Assembly: GCA_043228905.1 (NCBI GenBank)
Contig: JBHGNT010000014.1
Span: forward strand, 12,772,001-12,836,000
From: Azolla caroliniana
Lineage: Eukaryota; Plantae; Polypodiophyta
Direction: 5' to 3'
DNA: 64,000 nucleotides
The notes under the pieces are model-generated. The model was given only the letters and a program-made list of their open reading frames with translations. It had not been told where the DNA came from and made no database searches. The position numbers were made by a program, and so were the translations under genes. Positions within the stretch are counted from its first letter, which is position 1, and the number at the start of each line of letters is the position of its first letter. Below are positions 1 through 12,141 of the stretch, in pieces.

Positions 1-345
1 CTTTGCTTTTGTTTTTTGGGTTTGAATTCATTGGCGTCTTTCCCGCCCTTTTTCTGCTTTTTCTGCTTTTCTGCTTTTTCTGCTTTTTCTGCTTTTGTCT
101 TTTTGCTTCTTTGCTTTCTGCTTTTCTCTCCTTGCTTCTTTGCTTTCTGCTTTTCTCTCCTTGCTTTTTTGCTTTCTGCTTTTCTCTTCTTGCTTCTTTG
201 CTTTCTGCTTTTCTCTCCTTGCATGTTTGCAGCTTATTTGCTTCTTCTTTTATATGCCTTTTGCTTTTCTGCCCCTCGCGTTTTTGCTTTTTGCTTTTCT
301 GCCTTCTGCCTTCTGCTTTCTGCTTTTTGCTTTTGGGCTCCCCCG
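1..345. repeat. Degenerate pyrimidine-rich simple/tandem repeat (CTGCTTTT / CTTTTTG units)
   Basis: Repeated ttttctgc, tttgctttctgc and ttttctctccttgc units. The Phe/Leu/Cys-rich ORFs in all three + frames are artefacts of the repeat. Confidence 0.85.
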
Positions 346-3300
346 TTGACTCTAGAGTGTGTTTGATCCGATTCGACACTATGTATTATTACCGCCGAAA
401 AGGCAAGAGTGTGCGCATGCGTGCGCGGTGTGTGAAATCTCTCTTCTTCTCCCAGAAAAGAAAGCCCGATGTGTTGTTGATCTTTACACGCCCCGCCTAA
501 TCTCGTGGTTTTTTTTTCCGTGCTCGCCTAGGCATCCACGATGTTTGTGAAACCACATCTATCTCTGTTTTCCGACAGCAGCAAGTGTCCATCCCCTGCT
601 TGTTCAGTTTTCATCTTGTCCCTTCCCTTCCATTGAGGGAAAAATAAAACGCAATGTGAATCCGTCTTCTTGCTTCTTCCAGGACCGAATTGCTCAACTT
701 AATGTCGAACTGCCTCCCTTTATCATGTTTCTCGACACCACGTTCTCGTAAATTGGGTGTAAACTCGCCCTACAATGTTTTGAAAGAAAAGAAAAAAATG
801 GAATCATCAATGAAACACAATTCGAGCTAAAGGTGGTTGCATCTTTCAACTTCTCGATTCAAAAAATAATAATTTAATTTAATTTGAACAACGGAAAAAA
901 AGCATCGCTTTACTTTGTCCATACATTATGTATGTCAGGAGACTTTAGATGCCTCCGCAATTAATTATTGTTTTATACAACCAATAGTTTGCATTTTACG
1001 AAAGGCTAAAAGAACAAGCATCAATAAACAAACATGACGATGTAGTGATAAAGCTCATGCACTGCAACACTAAGCTTGTGATGAACACATCTCATACTCA
1101 TAGCCTCCTCTTGACAACTGCCAACATTCTTGTAGTCCGAAATCGTCCTCCCTTCCGTACATTTGTGTGTATGTGTATGTTTCACACACTGCATTGTTAC
1201 ATCTTCATAAACATATAGATTTAGGACCGAATTTGTTTGTAGGTCTCCAATAGTAACTAGACAAATGCATAGATTTTATATCGTTCTCGACGCACATTGG
1301 TGATCTATAGAACCCAAGGTAAAACATTTTCATACAATGTGAGCGAAGTTCATAAGCGACTTCTTGATGCTCGAGAAACTTTTTACCTGATGAATGTTGT
1401 AATTAAGCGATGCATACTACGACTAAGAGAAAATAATCCAATCATTGTCCTTCCAGATGTCATAATTGTGATAGCTCGGTTACATATGCTCATGTTTACA
1501 TGCTCAAACACGCAAATTAAGATTAATGTAAAACTTAGAACCACAACACAAGCAAACTCTCAACTACTCATTAAATGTTAGTCATAGTAAATAATGTTTA
1601 CCACGCTTGGGGATTTTGAGAACCGGATGCAAGCATATTATTGTTTATCTTTATCTTGCTTACAAAATCAAATATAATGATATTGTACAATCCACTTATA
1701 GGAGAGTAATACAACCGTTGTTTATGATTATACACTTTATCCCTTTAAATAAGAAGACAATCTATTGTATTATTTGACCATAACCGTGCTCGCTTCGTTA
1801 CACAATATACAATATGCGTTATGTTTCTTAACTAGAAACACTCTTATCTTAAGCGACCAAATCCAATTAACTAATGTTATCACTTCTTGTTATTAGCACT
1901 AATACGAAGAGAAAGAAATTTTGGTGTCTCCAAGTGTCAGGTGAGATATCATCCTTACAAAACAAAACTCGTTAAAGTCATGTTTTCCATATATATTGAT
2001 TAAAGTTGTGATGATTTCATTGAACCACAGTTGAAAAGAAGTTCATGTTCTCGTGGAGGTACCTAGAGTTACATTCAACAAGAACCATCTTCCAAATTTA
2101 AATTCAACAGAAAGCCATTAAGAATAATTATACAAAGTCAATATGTTTGTTTCGCTTGGAAACCTCAACTTTGTCTACTTTAAATGAGAGAGACATGTCC
2201 TATTTGAAGAAATTCAAGGTGTTCAAAGTGGTAAATGCAAGTTGTACATGTAGTGCAATTACATTCATTTTGGGTGTACTTGAGAATGTTAGGGGTACAA
2301 AAATTAATTTTGTCATTCCTAAAAGTTGTGAATCTGAGTTGAGCATTCATATGAATGTGTTACAAACATTTACATAAATGTGTTACAAATGCATTAATTT
2401 AAATTCCTTTTGATGTGGACTTGGCAACCTAAAAACCATAGATTCTTATTCAAAACTTATTGAGCCTAAATACAAAAAAGAAATAAATAAAATTAACTAA
2501 AATCAAGGCCAGCAACACATCCTGACAAGTCAACGTATAAATATTATAGAAAGCAAGGAGGAATTCATAATCACACCCTAATTGCTCAAAAAATTGGATG
2601 ATGTGGAATGGATGATATTCGATAGTCTCGAAGATCATTCAATTTATGCCAACGAACCAATTTTGATTCTTCATTGCACGAAAGGGAACTTCCTAGATTG
2701 GTTCCCCATAATGACTTGTTCCACGTAACTTAAATGGAAACACCTTCAAAAGGAACATTGTAATATGCAAGGAACATCAAGTTTTAGTTGGTAAGGTTAG
2801 ATTCTTGGAGTATCCATACATTAACTTTTTTAGATCACTCAACTACTTTGACTTCAATACAACCCAATACTTGTAACTTTGTTACAAGTCCAATGGTTTA
2901 ATAAGACAACAAATTGTATTCGATTTTGAGACATTTCATGCAATAGAAAGATCATAATAGGCTACAAATTTAAGAAAATATCCAAAATAGGTTGTATGAT
3001 TTTTTAAGGCATACACACATAGAGCTTTTACAACATGTCTTTCTCATGGATTTGCAACAAGTAACTAACGCACAAAGTATATTCAAGTAACTAGGACAAT
3101 TTTAGTGAGCTAGAGGATGTGGTGTTTTGCACCATTGTTCTATGATGGCCATGTCCACAAACAATTGAACTTTCTTATATTCTTAACACGACACTTCAAA
3201 ACCCGACATTATCAATGCAATCCTCAAATCCTCAAATACGATGAACGATGTGGTGGTATGTTTCAAGTTGATATCCAATCATGTTGAGTCTAGAGATGGT

Positions 3301-4351
3301 GAACTAGAAGGATTTCAGCCAATGCCAAAGTTGGATTGCTTGAAGTCAATTCAATGTTACGTTAGATCCAATCATGCACACAACGCTATAACATGGGTTG
3401 ACTAGGTTGTGATACTCTAGGAGAAGTGATGCACAAAAAAGCTTTACAAATATACTAGTTGCTACATTGGAACATGTCAAACATGTACACACAAAGTAAC
3501 TCTGCCAACATATTTGTTGTCACGAGCAAAGAGGACACGTCACACTTGGGTCATGGAAACAAAATTTTCAGCATTTCACTCCACCACACTAGTCATATGG
3601 GATATTGACACATTTATCTTGTGTGGACACATTCTCTTCACAATCCAATTATTAATGAAAATGGATGGTTTTGCTTCATACTTTGACAAGTACTACCTTT
3701 GCTACCAAAACATAAAATTTTGCTTTGCATCATATAAAATTGCTAAGCAATGAACATTTACAAACCCCAAAGTGGCTAAACGACATGGAGATCCTCAAAC
3801 ATTGAGACTCACAACATGCAACTTCAATACTCAACCAACAAAAAAGAAGGCAATAGATTGTGTAACAAATGTTGTTACTTTGGGCACAATAATGCCACGT
3901 GCACTCAATAGAATGCTCGATCATTAGTCCTTCGATTCAACAAACTCGTTTGTGTTTATTCCTTAACAAGACCGATGACCTATTTTGAAGATACTGTATA
4001 AGTTTGTGAAATCATCTTTACATTGCAAAATGCTTATTTTGTTCCTTTAAATGATTGTTCTCCCTATTTTGGGGATATTATTAATTATGTGGCGTTTTTA
4101 TCCTTCAACACATTTCACACACACATAATCAAGTTTTACTTTTTACTTCATGAAGTTTCCTTTTCATACATGAACTAATTGAGATAACCAAACATTTATA
4201 GCACTCTAGTTGAAAATTCATGTATTTTTATCAGATTCAATTCCTTTTAGAAGTACTTCTAACCCACAAAACCAAAAAGTCAATGAACAAAAAGTTGTAG
4301 TGAACAAGCATTGATGGCACCCTTTCAAGGAACAATACCAACGTACAAAAA

Positions 4352-4566
4352 TACATAAGATGCATAAAAATAGGAGATTGCACGTCAAAGCATGATATGA
4401 AAAAGCATCACCTTTGTATAGCACATGAGAAACTTACATACACAGATTTATTACAAACTTACATAAGATGCATAAAAATAGGAGATTGCACGTCAAAGCA
4501 TGATATGAAAAAGCATCACCTTTGTATAGCACATGAGAAACTTACATACACAGATTTATTACAAAC
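4352..4566. repeat. 108-bp direct tandem duplication
   Basis: tacataagatgcataaaaataggag...cagatttattacaaac occurs at 4352 and again at 4460. Confidence 0.9.
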
Positions 4567-5446
4567 CCACTAGGTTTCTCCACACTAGACATATTATCGC
4601 CACATGGGGATGTTGGAATGGAAAAAATATTATTTCCATTGCAACTAGGACACCATCAACAAATGCTAAGAAAACAAGACAAAATGTTTATGATGGATCC
4701 CTATGTAGTCAATAGAAATCGTGAAGTATCATAACTAGGTCTTCTAGCATCTGCGCCCGAATCAATTAGGTACAAAATCATATATTTTGTGGATTCATGA
4801 GCATACCTTATGATTTCTTTTCAACATGATGGCATGGGTTTTTCAACATGAAAATTTAAGTATCAAAGAAAATTGGCTTTCTAAATCCACTTCCAACAAC
4901 CCAAGGGCTGCTACATTAGAAATCATCATGTTTTCTAGTTCGAGACCATGCAGTTGTAATAAATTTCTCCCAAAAGATACCAGCCTAAGGCATACAAGTA
5001 AGGGCATTCTATTTAATGTGCTTGCATTCATTAACCCACGATGACAACTTGCTTGCAATGATATACATAAACAAACAGAAACATTAGAAAGAATAAAAGA
5101 ATAAATCCAGAAGGGCACCTCGCCCGCAATGATAATGCATTAACAAATCCAAAGCAGAGAAAAAACGTGTGTCTTATCTCGGGACTGTTTCAAGATATGC
5201 TATCGGGCCCCCCGGCCCCGTAGGAGGCATCTCCTTTGTGCCAATACATCACTGCATAGGATCAAACCTACATAAATAAAGAATGTAATAAAAACATGGT
5301 ATATATATATATATATATGTTTGTATGAATTTCTATCTTTCTGTCATGGTGTGCATCTGTTTTTAGGGTCCCATAATCGATTTGACATCAGAGAGATCTT
5401 CTCTCTCACCTGGAAGTAAATAAAAACAGGAACCAACCAAACAGAT

Positions 5447-5720
5447 ATTTTTGTTTTTATATATAAATACAGAAGATTTCTTTTACGGAGGAAGAATCTA
5501 GTCCCATAAGGAAAATTTTGTGACATAGCTTGATAAGGAGGAGACACTAACCGTTTTTTAGGGTTCCATTGCCTCAGATCTCAAGTTTTTTGTTTTATTT
5601 ATAAATACATAACATTTCTTTGCAGAGGAATCTAGTTCCATAAGACAAATTTTGTGACATAGCCCGATAAGGAGGAGACACTAACCGTTTTTTAGGGTTC
5701 CATTGCCTCAGATCTCAAGT
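5447..5720. repeat. ~135-bp imperfect tandem duplication immediately upstream of the DnaJ start codon
   Basis: gataaggaggagacactaaccgttttttagggttccattgcctcagatctcaagt is present twice (ending ~5586 and ~5720), with similar upstream sequence in each copy. Confidence 0.85.
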
Positions 5721-5738
5721 GGGTTTCTCACTTAAACG

Positions 5739-6441
5739 ATGAATAATCTGTCATCAACACATAATTCATCATCATCATCATATTCATGGAGCATTAATAT
5801 GTCCTCAGAGAGCTTTCCATGCGCACGGAACAGAGGAAGGGTTGTCATGAATGCACGGAGGAGTTTGTATGACCTCTTAGAGCTTCATCCACAAGTGGGT
5901 ATTTCTGATATAAAGAGATCATACAGACGACTCGCTCTCAAAACTCATCCGGATGTTTGCCCTTCTCATATAAGGAAAGAGGATTCCACAACAAGGTTCA
6001 GAGAAATCCAAGAAGCTTATGAAACACTATCTGATCCAAGGAGAAGAGCTATCTATGATCATGGCAGACTCTCTTCTTCTTCTTCTTCTTCCACCAGTAG
6101 AAGTTCTTGGAATAAGGTAAAATTCCAAAACATACAGTTAAAATTTCCTGTTATTTTGCTATATCTCATCCTTTGATTTATCCAGCATTTGCTTGACATT
6201 CTGTTATTTCCTGACCCCATTGCAAGTCGAACATATTGTTATGAGCTATATAATGTTGGCAGCTATCAAGGCTATAATGTTTTTCTTTTTATTCTTCCAG
6301 GAAACACAACCTTTGGCTGGATGGAAGACCCAACTTTCCGAGCTTAAACATTGGAGCTCCCAGAAATCTCAAAAATCAGACACATGGGCCACACTTGTCC
6401 GCAAACTAAATGCACATCGTGATAACCAACACAATTTGTGA
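5739..6441 (+). CDS. Small J-domain co-chaperone, chloroplast DnaJ20-like; exons 5739-6116 and 6301-6441
   Basis: J-domain with HPD (SLYDLLEL...YRRLALKTHPDVC...EAYETLSDPRRRAIYD) after a Ser-rich transit-like N-terminus. Phase-0 GT(6117)...AG(6300) intron. Exon 2 carries the WKTQLSELK...W motif typical of plant J20-type proteins. Stop TGA ends at 6441. Confidence 0.85.
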
Positions 6442-7182
6442 TGTCCCTTGTACTTTTTTATTGCAGCCCAAATAACATGGATCATTAGTATTAATAGAGG
6501 TAATAAATCACAAGAAAACAAGGTATGATTAGCTCAAGAGAAGATTTTGAGTCCTGAAGGCTTATATCATCATTGTTCTCAATAAATTTTGCCTCTTCAA
6601 ATACCTTGGCTTCTAATGCTTCTAGCAATTTGGTGGTAATAACGAGTTTCTACCTCAGAGAATGCATCACTATGGGTTGCCTCTTCATAAACACCTTGCT
6701 TTTTGGCTTCATGTATACTTGCACCAACTAAATTGAGCATCATCTTTAAGAAAGGTATTAAGAAAGTCATCTTGATGGCGGTATATGTATAGGCATTAAT
6801 ATTAACTTTTGTCCATAATCACTAGATCGGCTAAAAGCAAGCATGTTTACAATGTGAAAAGTTTTTGGTGAGAGCAAATGATGCTCCAATTAAACTCAAT
6901 CAAATGCCATCGGATTTAAGTGGGTGGGTGGATGCATTCCTTCCAAGACTGCACTTTGTTTGATGATTGAGTGATGAAATATTTCAATTACAGGGTTATA
7001 ATGCAGACTAAACGATCTAATGAAATCTCATGTATATAAGTTCGCATTTATTTACCACCAAAGTTGCAGAAAGTGATAAGAAGTTGTGATATGGACACAT
7101 GGAAAACCAAGCTAATGAAATAAACTTTCCTCCAGAATTTATGGGTATCACCCATCTTTTCTTCTCGAGAATATTGTAAGAC

Positions 7183-9684
7183 TCAATGAGTATGCATACC
7201 CATCTTCTCAACCACACCTAGGGCTTGCAAAATTCCACTACTACTAGGTAAACAATGCATCTTACACATGTCTCTGAAGAGTAAATTAGCATCGTCAACT
7301 TTTTTTTGCTTGTACAAGCACTTCATGAACAAAAACAATGAACCACTTCGAATTGTGAGCCTGTTGCTCAACATCGTCCGACAAACCATTGATGCATCCT
7401 TTGCCATGCCTTCCTTACAAAGTTCTTCTAGAAGAAAGTTGCATGTTATATTATTGACTTCAAGGCCAAGTTCAACCATTTCTTCAAAATACCTCATCGC
7501 ATCATCTGTCCTCTTCTTCTTCAGTAATGCGCCAATGAGTGGCGTGTAACAAAAAGAATTGGTTTTTCCACCTCGACATCTCAATTGGGTAAGAAGATTG
7601 ATTGCTTCCTCGTACTTCTCTAGTCTGCAGTAAGAACTAATCATCATGGCATATGATGGTATATTTGGATCTTTAATTGTGGTTACCATGTTTGTGAAAA
7701 CTTCCTCAGCTTCATCTAACTTTCCCAAGTGGCATAGGTTGTGCAGATGAGCAATACATACCTCTTGATTAGCATATCCATATTTGGCAAACAATGTTTT
7801 CAAGAAAGTATACATTTCCTGTGTTTGTTTTGCTTGCCTAAGTCCATTTGATAGATAGATAAAGCTCATGGCATCTACCCATCCTTCATTTTCCATTAAT
7901 TTGAAGAATTCCATTGCTTTGAGTATTGAGGCACCATTGAGAAGCCCTTGAAGCACTATATTAAAAGTGGATTGATTAGGAAGGCATGTTGTTCTCATGT
8001 TGGAAAAGAGATCAATTCCATCATCTAATCTGCCTACTTTACAAAATGATCCAATGAGAATGTTAAAAGTAGACACATTTGGTCTAAGTCCTCTCTTTTG
8101 AAGAGCGGAGAAAGTTTCCATAGCATCACTTAATGCATTAAGCTCGCAGAATCCTTCAATAAGAGCATTATGGGTGAAGATATCAGGTTCTAATCCTTCT
8201 CGTAGCATGATATCAAAGCACACTTTAGCATCAGCCACATTGTATGACATAACAAATCCTCGGATGAGAGAAGACAATGCATATGCATCGAGATTCAATC
8301 CATCCTTAAGGATTCGGTTATAGCATAACTTTGCTTCATCAATGAGTCTTGAAAGAAACAATGCTCTAAGAAGTTCTCCATAAATATGCATATCAGCTAT
8401 GATCGGATTATATGTGATCGCTCTTTTAAATGCATCTACGGCCATCTCAGGTTGACGAGCTCTTCCATAAGCTTTTACAAAGATGGAAAATGTTTCACTA
8501 GTGATCAAACAGCTTGCATTTTTCATGTGATCCAAAAGCACCCACATTTCATCAAAATGGCTTTTCTCACCCAAATTTACAAGGTACGCATGACAAGAGT
8601 GAATGCCATAGCCTATTTTGCCACATGCCCATTGAAAAAAAGGGGTAGCAATGGACAAATTGTTCTGTTGTTGTATCACTTTTGCTACAATACGATCAGA
8701 AATATGAGTTGTGGTATGTTCATCCAAAAACAAATGCGTGGATGCATTCCAAGTATTAGAGCTTAAGTAATTACATAAACCATTTATGACCTTTGCCTCT
8801 TGTTTAGAAAACATTTCACCATTTTTCATGCTGTCAAGGTCTTTCCCATGTTTTGCTTCAATTTCATCAATGTTTCTCTCTCTGGACTTGTCCATTTTCC
8901 CATCTTGATGATGTGAAATAACACAACCAGACTTCATTTCAGCATTTTCTATGTTCAAACATTTCCCTTGTTTCACTTCATCATGGTCATGATTACTCTT
9001 TCTGCGATTATTGGTGTTCAATTTTTTATGTGAAATACCATGATTAAACACCATTTCCGCATCTTCCATGCTGAAAGATTTCCCATGTTTTGCTTCAGCT
9101 TGATCAAAATTTGCAATGATTTTTACATTTGGATGTGAAAAAACAAGGTTAGATGCAATGTCCTCACTTTCCACGTTAAGATCTTTCTGTTGTTTTACTT
9201 CAGTTTCATCAAGGCTGTGGTTGATCCTTGGATCTTGATGTGAAAAAACACAATTAGACGCCATATTGTCATTTTCCGCATTAAGATCTTTCCTCCATTT
9301 TGTTTCAAATTCATCAATACTTCTACTACTTATTAGATTACTTTTTACATTGAAATTTGAATCTTTGATCATACATTGTTTGTTAATTTCATCACTCCGA
9401 TGCAATGAACTTGATCCTTGAGATATAACCTTTCCTTCATCATTACTCAATGATGATCCTATCTTCTCTACTTGAACACAAGTATTCAAACTTCTCACAT
9501 CTTGCTGGAAAACCTTGCTTACCTTTCTGAGAGACTGAGAAGGAAACCCATTCTGTTTCTGAATTCCACAGTGGGACCCAAATTCGTTCTCAGCACGAGA
9601 AGGAGCAGAAGAAGAAAACAACCTTGTGCAAAGAAGCTTCTGCGGGGAGGGTTTCCTGAGCCGCCATGGAGACGAGAATGACAT
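7183..9684 (-). CDS. P-class pentatricopeptide repeat (PPR) protein, intronless, probably organelle-targeted
   Basis: 833-aa ORF with consecutive 35-aa PPR motifs (e.g. PDIFTHNALIEGFCE, PNVSTFNILIGSFCKVGRLDDG, SYAMMISSYCR). Arg/Ser-rich N-terminus (RLFSSS). No E/DYW domain. Confidence 0.92.
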   Translation of the reverse strand: MSFSSPWRLRKPSPQKLLCTRLFSSSAPSRAENEFGSHCGIQKQNGFPSQSLRKVSKVFQQDVRSLNTCVQVEKIGSSLSNDEGKVISQGSSSLHRSDEINKQCMIKDSNFNVKSNLISSRSIDEFETKWRKDLNAENDNMASNCVFSHQDPRINHSLDETEVKQQKDLNVESEDIASNLVFSHPNVKIIANFDQAEAKHGKSFSMEDAEMVFNHGISHKKLNTNNRRKSNHDHDEVKQGKCLNIENAEMKSGCVISHHQDGKMDKSRERNIDEIEAKHGKDLDSMKNGEMFSKQEAKVINGLCNYLSSNTWNASTHLFLDEHTTTHISDRIVAKVIQQQNNLSIATPFFQWACGKIGYGIHSCHAYLVNLGEKSHFDEMWVLLDHMKNASCLITSETFSIFVKAYGRARQPEMAVDAFKRAITYNPIIADMHIYGELLRALFLSRLIDEAKLCYNRILKDGLNLDAYALSSLIRGFVMSYNVADAKVCFDIMLREGLEPDIFTHNALIEGFCELNALSDAMETFSALQKRGLRPNVSTFNILIGSFCKVGRLDDGIDLFSNMRTTCLPNQSTFNIVLQGLLNGASILKAMEFFKLMENEGWVDAMSFIYLSNGLRQAKQTQEMYTFLKTLFAKYGYANQEVCIAHLHNLCHLGKLDEAEEVFTNMVTTIKDPNIPSYAMMISSYCRLEKYEEAINLLTQLRCRGGKTNSFCYTPLIGALLKKKRTDDAMRYFEEMVELGLEVNNITCNFLLEELCKEGMAKDASMVCRTMLSNRLTIRSGSLFLFMKCLYKQKKVDDANLLFRDMCKMHCLPSSSGILQALGVVEKMGMHTH

Positions 9685-11669
9685 GATAAAAGAAGCGTTC
9701 GCAGAGGGTGGCTACAAAGCTTCCATGGCGAAGAGCGGGAAGCCGAGGGTTAGGGTTTTCCCACGCTCGTCGTGACGCAGAGCTCTCTGTCTGTCTGCAA
9801 GGATCGTGTTACAAACGTGGGAGCACTGTTTCTGGAAATTACATTTCTGGCCTCATCTATCAAGAGGCCTTCTTCTTCTAGATTTTTGGTCTCTGTCTTC
9901 TGAGGTCATGAAGAAATGTAGTGAGGAGGGGGGGCTCAAGAGAGTGAGACATCACTCCTCGCATCTCAGGAGCAGATTAAAAGAACTCGTGGTAGGCGGC
10001 GAATCCGAAGGCCCTGCCCTGTTGCCTTCTCTGAATCACCCAATCGATCCCCACAACATGTGTCCGTTCGTCCATAAATCTCAACGTCTCATTAACTTAA
10101 GCTCGTACGCCCATCGACACTTGTTTTTGGTAGATCAGATTGAGACATGCTTAAAGTCTGGTTATCCGAAGGCAATGCCCTCACGTTATGCTTTAACATC
10201 TAATCTCTTGTTTGTTGTTAGTAGTAGTTACTATTGAGTGAACCCAAGTTCCTCCTTAGCGCCCCATCTGTCCAACCCTAGTTAGAATATAAAACAATCC
10301 ACAAACATTACCAATGAAGGCAAATGCTACAATGAAGAGTTCCAATATCAATTTCAATGGAGCTCTCACTAGCAGTAGCCACCACATATTATTTGGAGGT
10401 CACACATACATACAACACACTTTCTTTTAGCAACACATTATACATATTTTTTGGAGGTCACACAAACATACAACACACTTTCTTTTAGCAACACATTATA
10501 TATATATATAATGGAAAACCTCAAAGTAACATTCAATTTTGCTGGTTTGTGTTGCATGTCCACTACATCCAACTGAAAACCGTTAATTAATTTTCTATTC
10601 CATGAGATACTACTGTCTCCACACTTCTTCATATCACGATTGATTCCAGGGATCCAAAAGTACGTTTGTTTACACTTATATTCGAATGCCTATTGTCCAC
10701 ATTGTCCATAGTCACACACACACACACACACACACACATGTATGGTGTGTATGATATTTTCAATTTCACTCTACAACTTAATGCATATTTAGAAGATTTT
10801 TTTTTGTTTTCTTGTTACTATGGGTTACTATGTAGTGGGCACCCTATACATGTCCACACTAAGTGGATGCCATGCATACATCCACAAAGATGGTTATGAC
10901 CCATAATATATCCACTTAACAAATTGAAATGATGTTTAGTGCCCGATGTTCTTTGCCCTTATGTTGAATTCGATCAATCTTTGTTTGAACCATGCGAACT
11001 TCAAAATCTTGATCTCAATCAATGCTCATCCATGAATACCACACAAATGTACTCCATATGATAGATACGTAAACTACCATGCTTAATAGCAATTAACCAC
11101 CCACTCTAGAAGGGAAATAACTAATACCACATAGGTCTTGGCTAATTATTTGTGAACCACGTTGAAGACCTCAATAAAAAGGCATCATTTTCTTGAGCGT
11201 AAATATTTCCGCAAAGGTGTGCATATTGTTACCATATTATTGAAAATTGATGTCATAGCTATGTTTGACCATGCAAACCTTTTGATAAATGTTTGCACGA
11301 GGGGAAATGACCAACTAGTAGAATAATGGGTTGACATATATTATGGTGAAGTATGGGAAACAAACAACAAGATGCATTGATTACAACACAAGATAAGAAG
11401 TTGAGAGTCAAGTAAATAATTAATGTTTATGATAATTCAAAGCAATAGAATCCAACTATTCAGACTCCAATATGTATATCCTAACCTAGCATGCCCTTCA
11501 ATGCATTATGAAAAATTTGACCTCATCTAAGTCGTTTAAAAATTTGGAATATGTTTGAATAAAATCTCATAGTATAATCCAACCATTTAAAATTTTGGAA
11601 TATTCTCAAATGGTTCTCTATCAACAAATAGGAAAAATGGTTTGATTTGGGAACGTTTGGAATTGCTTT

Positions 11670-12141
11670 TAACAATCGACAACGGTTTGGTTTGAACCGA
11701 ACCGAACCGTGAAACCGCGGTTTAACAGCTTAACGGTTTCAACGGTTTGGTTCAAGGTTCGGTTTCAGTTTGGTTTCAACTGTAAAAAACCGCGGTTTAG
11801 ATGGTTTAACGGTTTTTAATTTTTAATTTTTTTAAAAAAATGTAAAAAATTTTAAAAATTGTTTTTAAACAATCTTTTCATTTTTACTCTTATTCTCACA
11901 TTTTAGGAACATCTTAAAAATTTTAAAAATTCTAAATAATGAAATATTATAAATTAAAGAAAATTAAAAAATTGACCTATGTTGAAAACCGAAACTGAAC
12001 CACGAAACCGCGGTTTTTACGGTTTAATGGTTTAACGGTTTGAAAAAGGTTTAACGGTTCGGTTTAAAGGTTTCGCGGTTCGGTTCCAAACCAGTTCGGT
12101 TTGGACCTTCTCAAACTGAACCGAACCAATGCCGATTGTTA
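11670..12141. mobile_element. Non-autonomous TIR element (MITE), hAT-like
   Basis: Termini TAACAATCG...CGATTGTTA with imperfect longer inverted repeats. 8-bp TSD ATTGCTTT at 11662-11669 and 12142-12149; this can alternatively be read as 10-bp AATTGCTTTT. Dense subterminal AACCG/CGGTT motifs flank an AT-rich core. Confidence 0.85.

Noticed and set aside
3-500. Hydrophobic Phe/Leu/Cys ORFs resembling membrane proteins
   Set aside because: They are translations of a pyrimidine-rich simple repeat that is open in all three + frames.
9806-10237. 143-aa ORF divergent from the PPR gene
   Set aside because: Non-ATG start, no recognisable domain and no splice support.
10380-10500. ~58-bp local duplication (similar small ones at ~21526 and ~25458)
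   Set aside because: Ordinary slippage or repair duplications in intergenic DNA.
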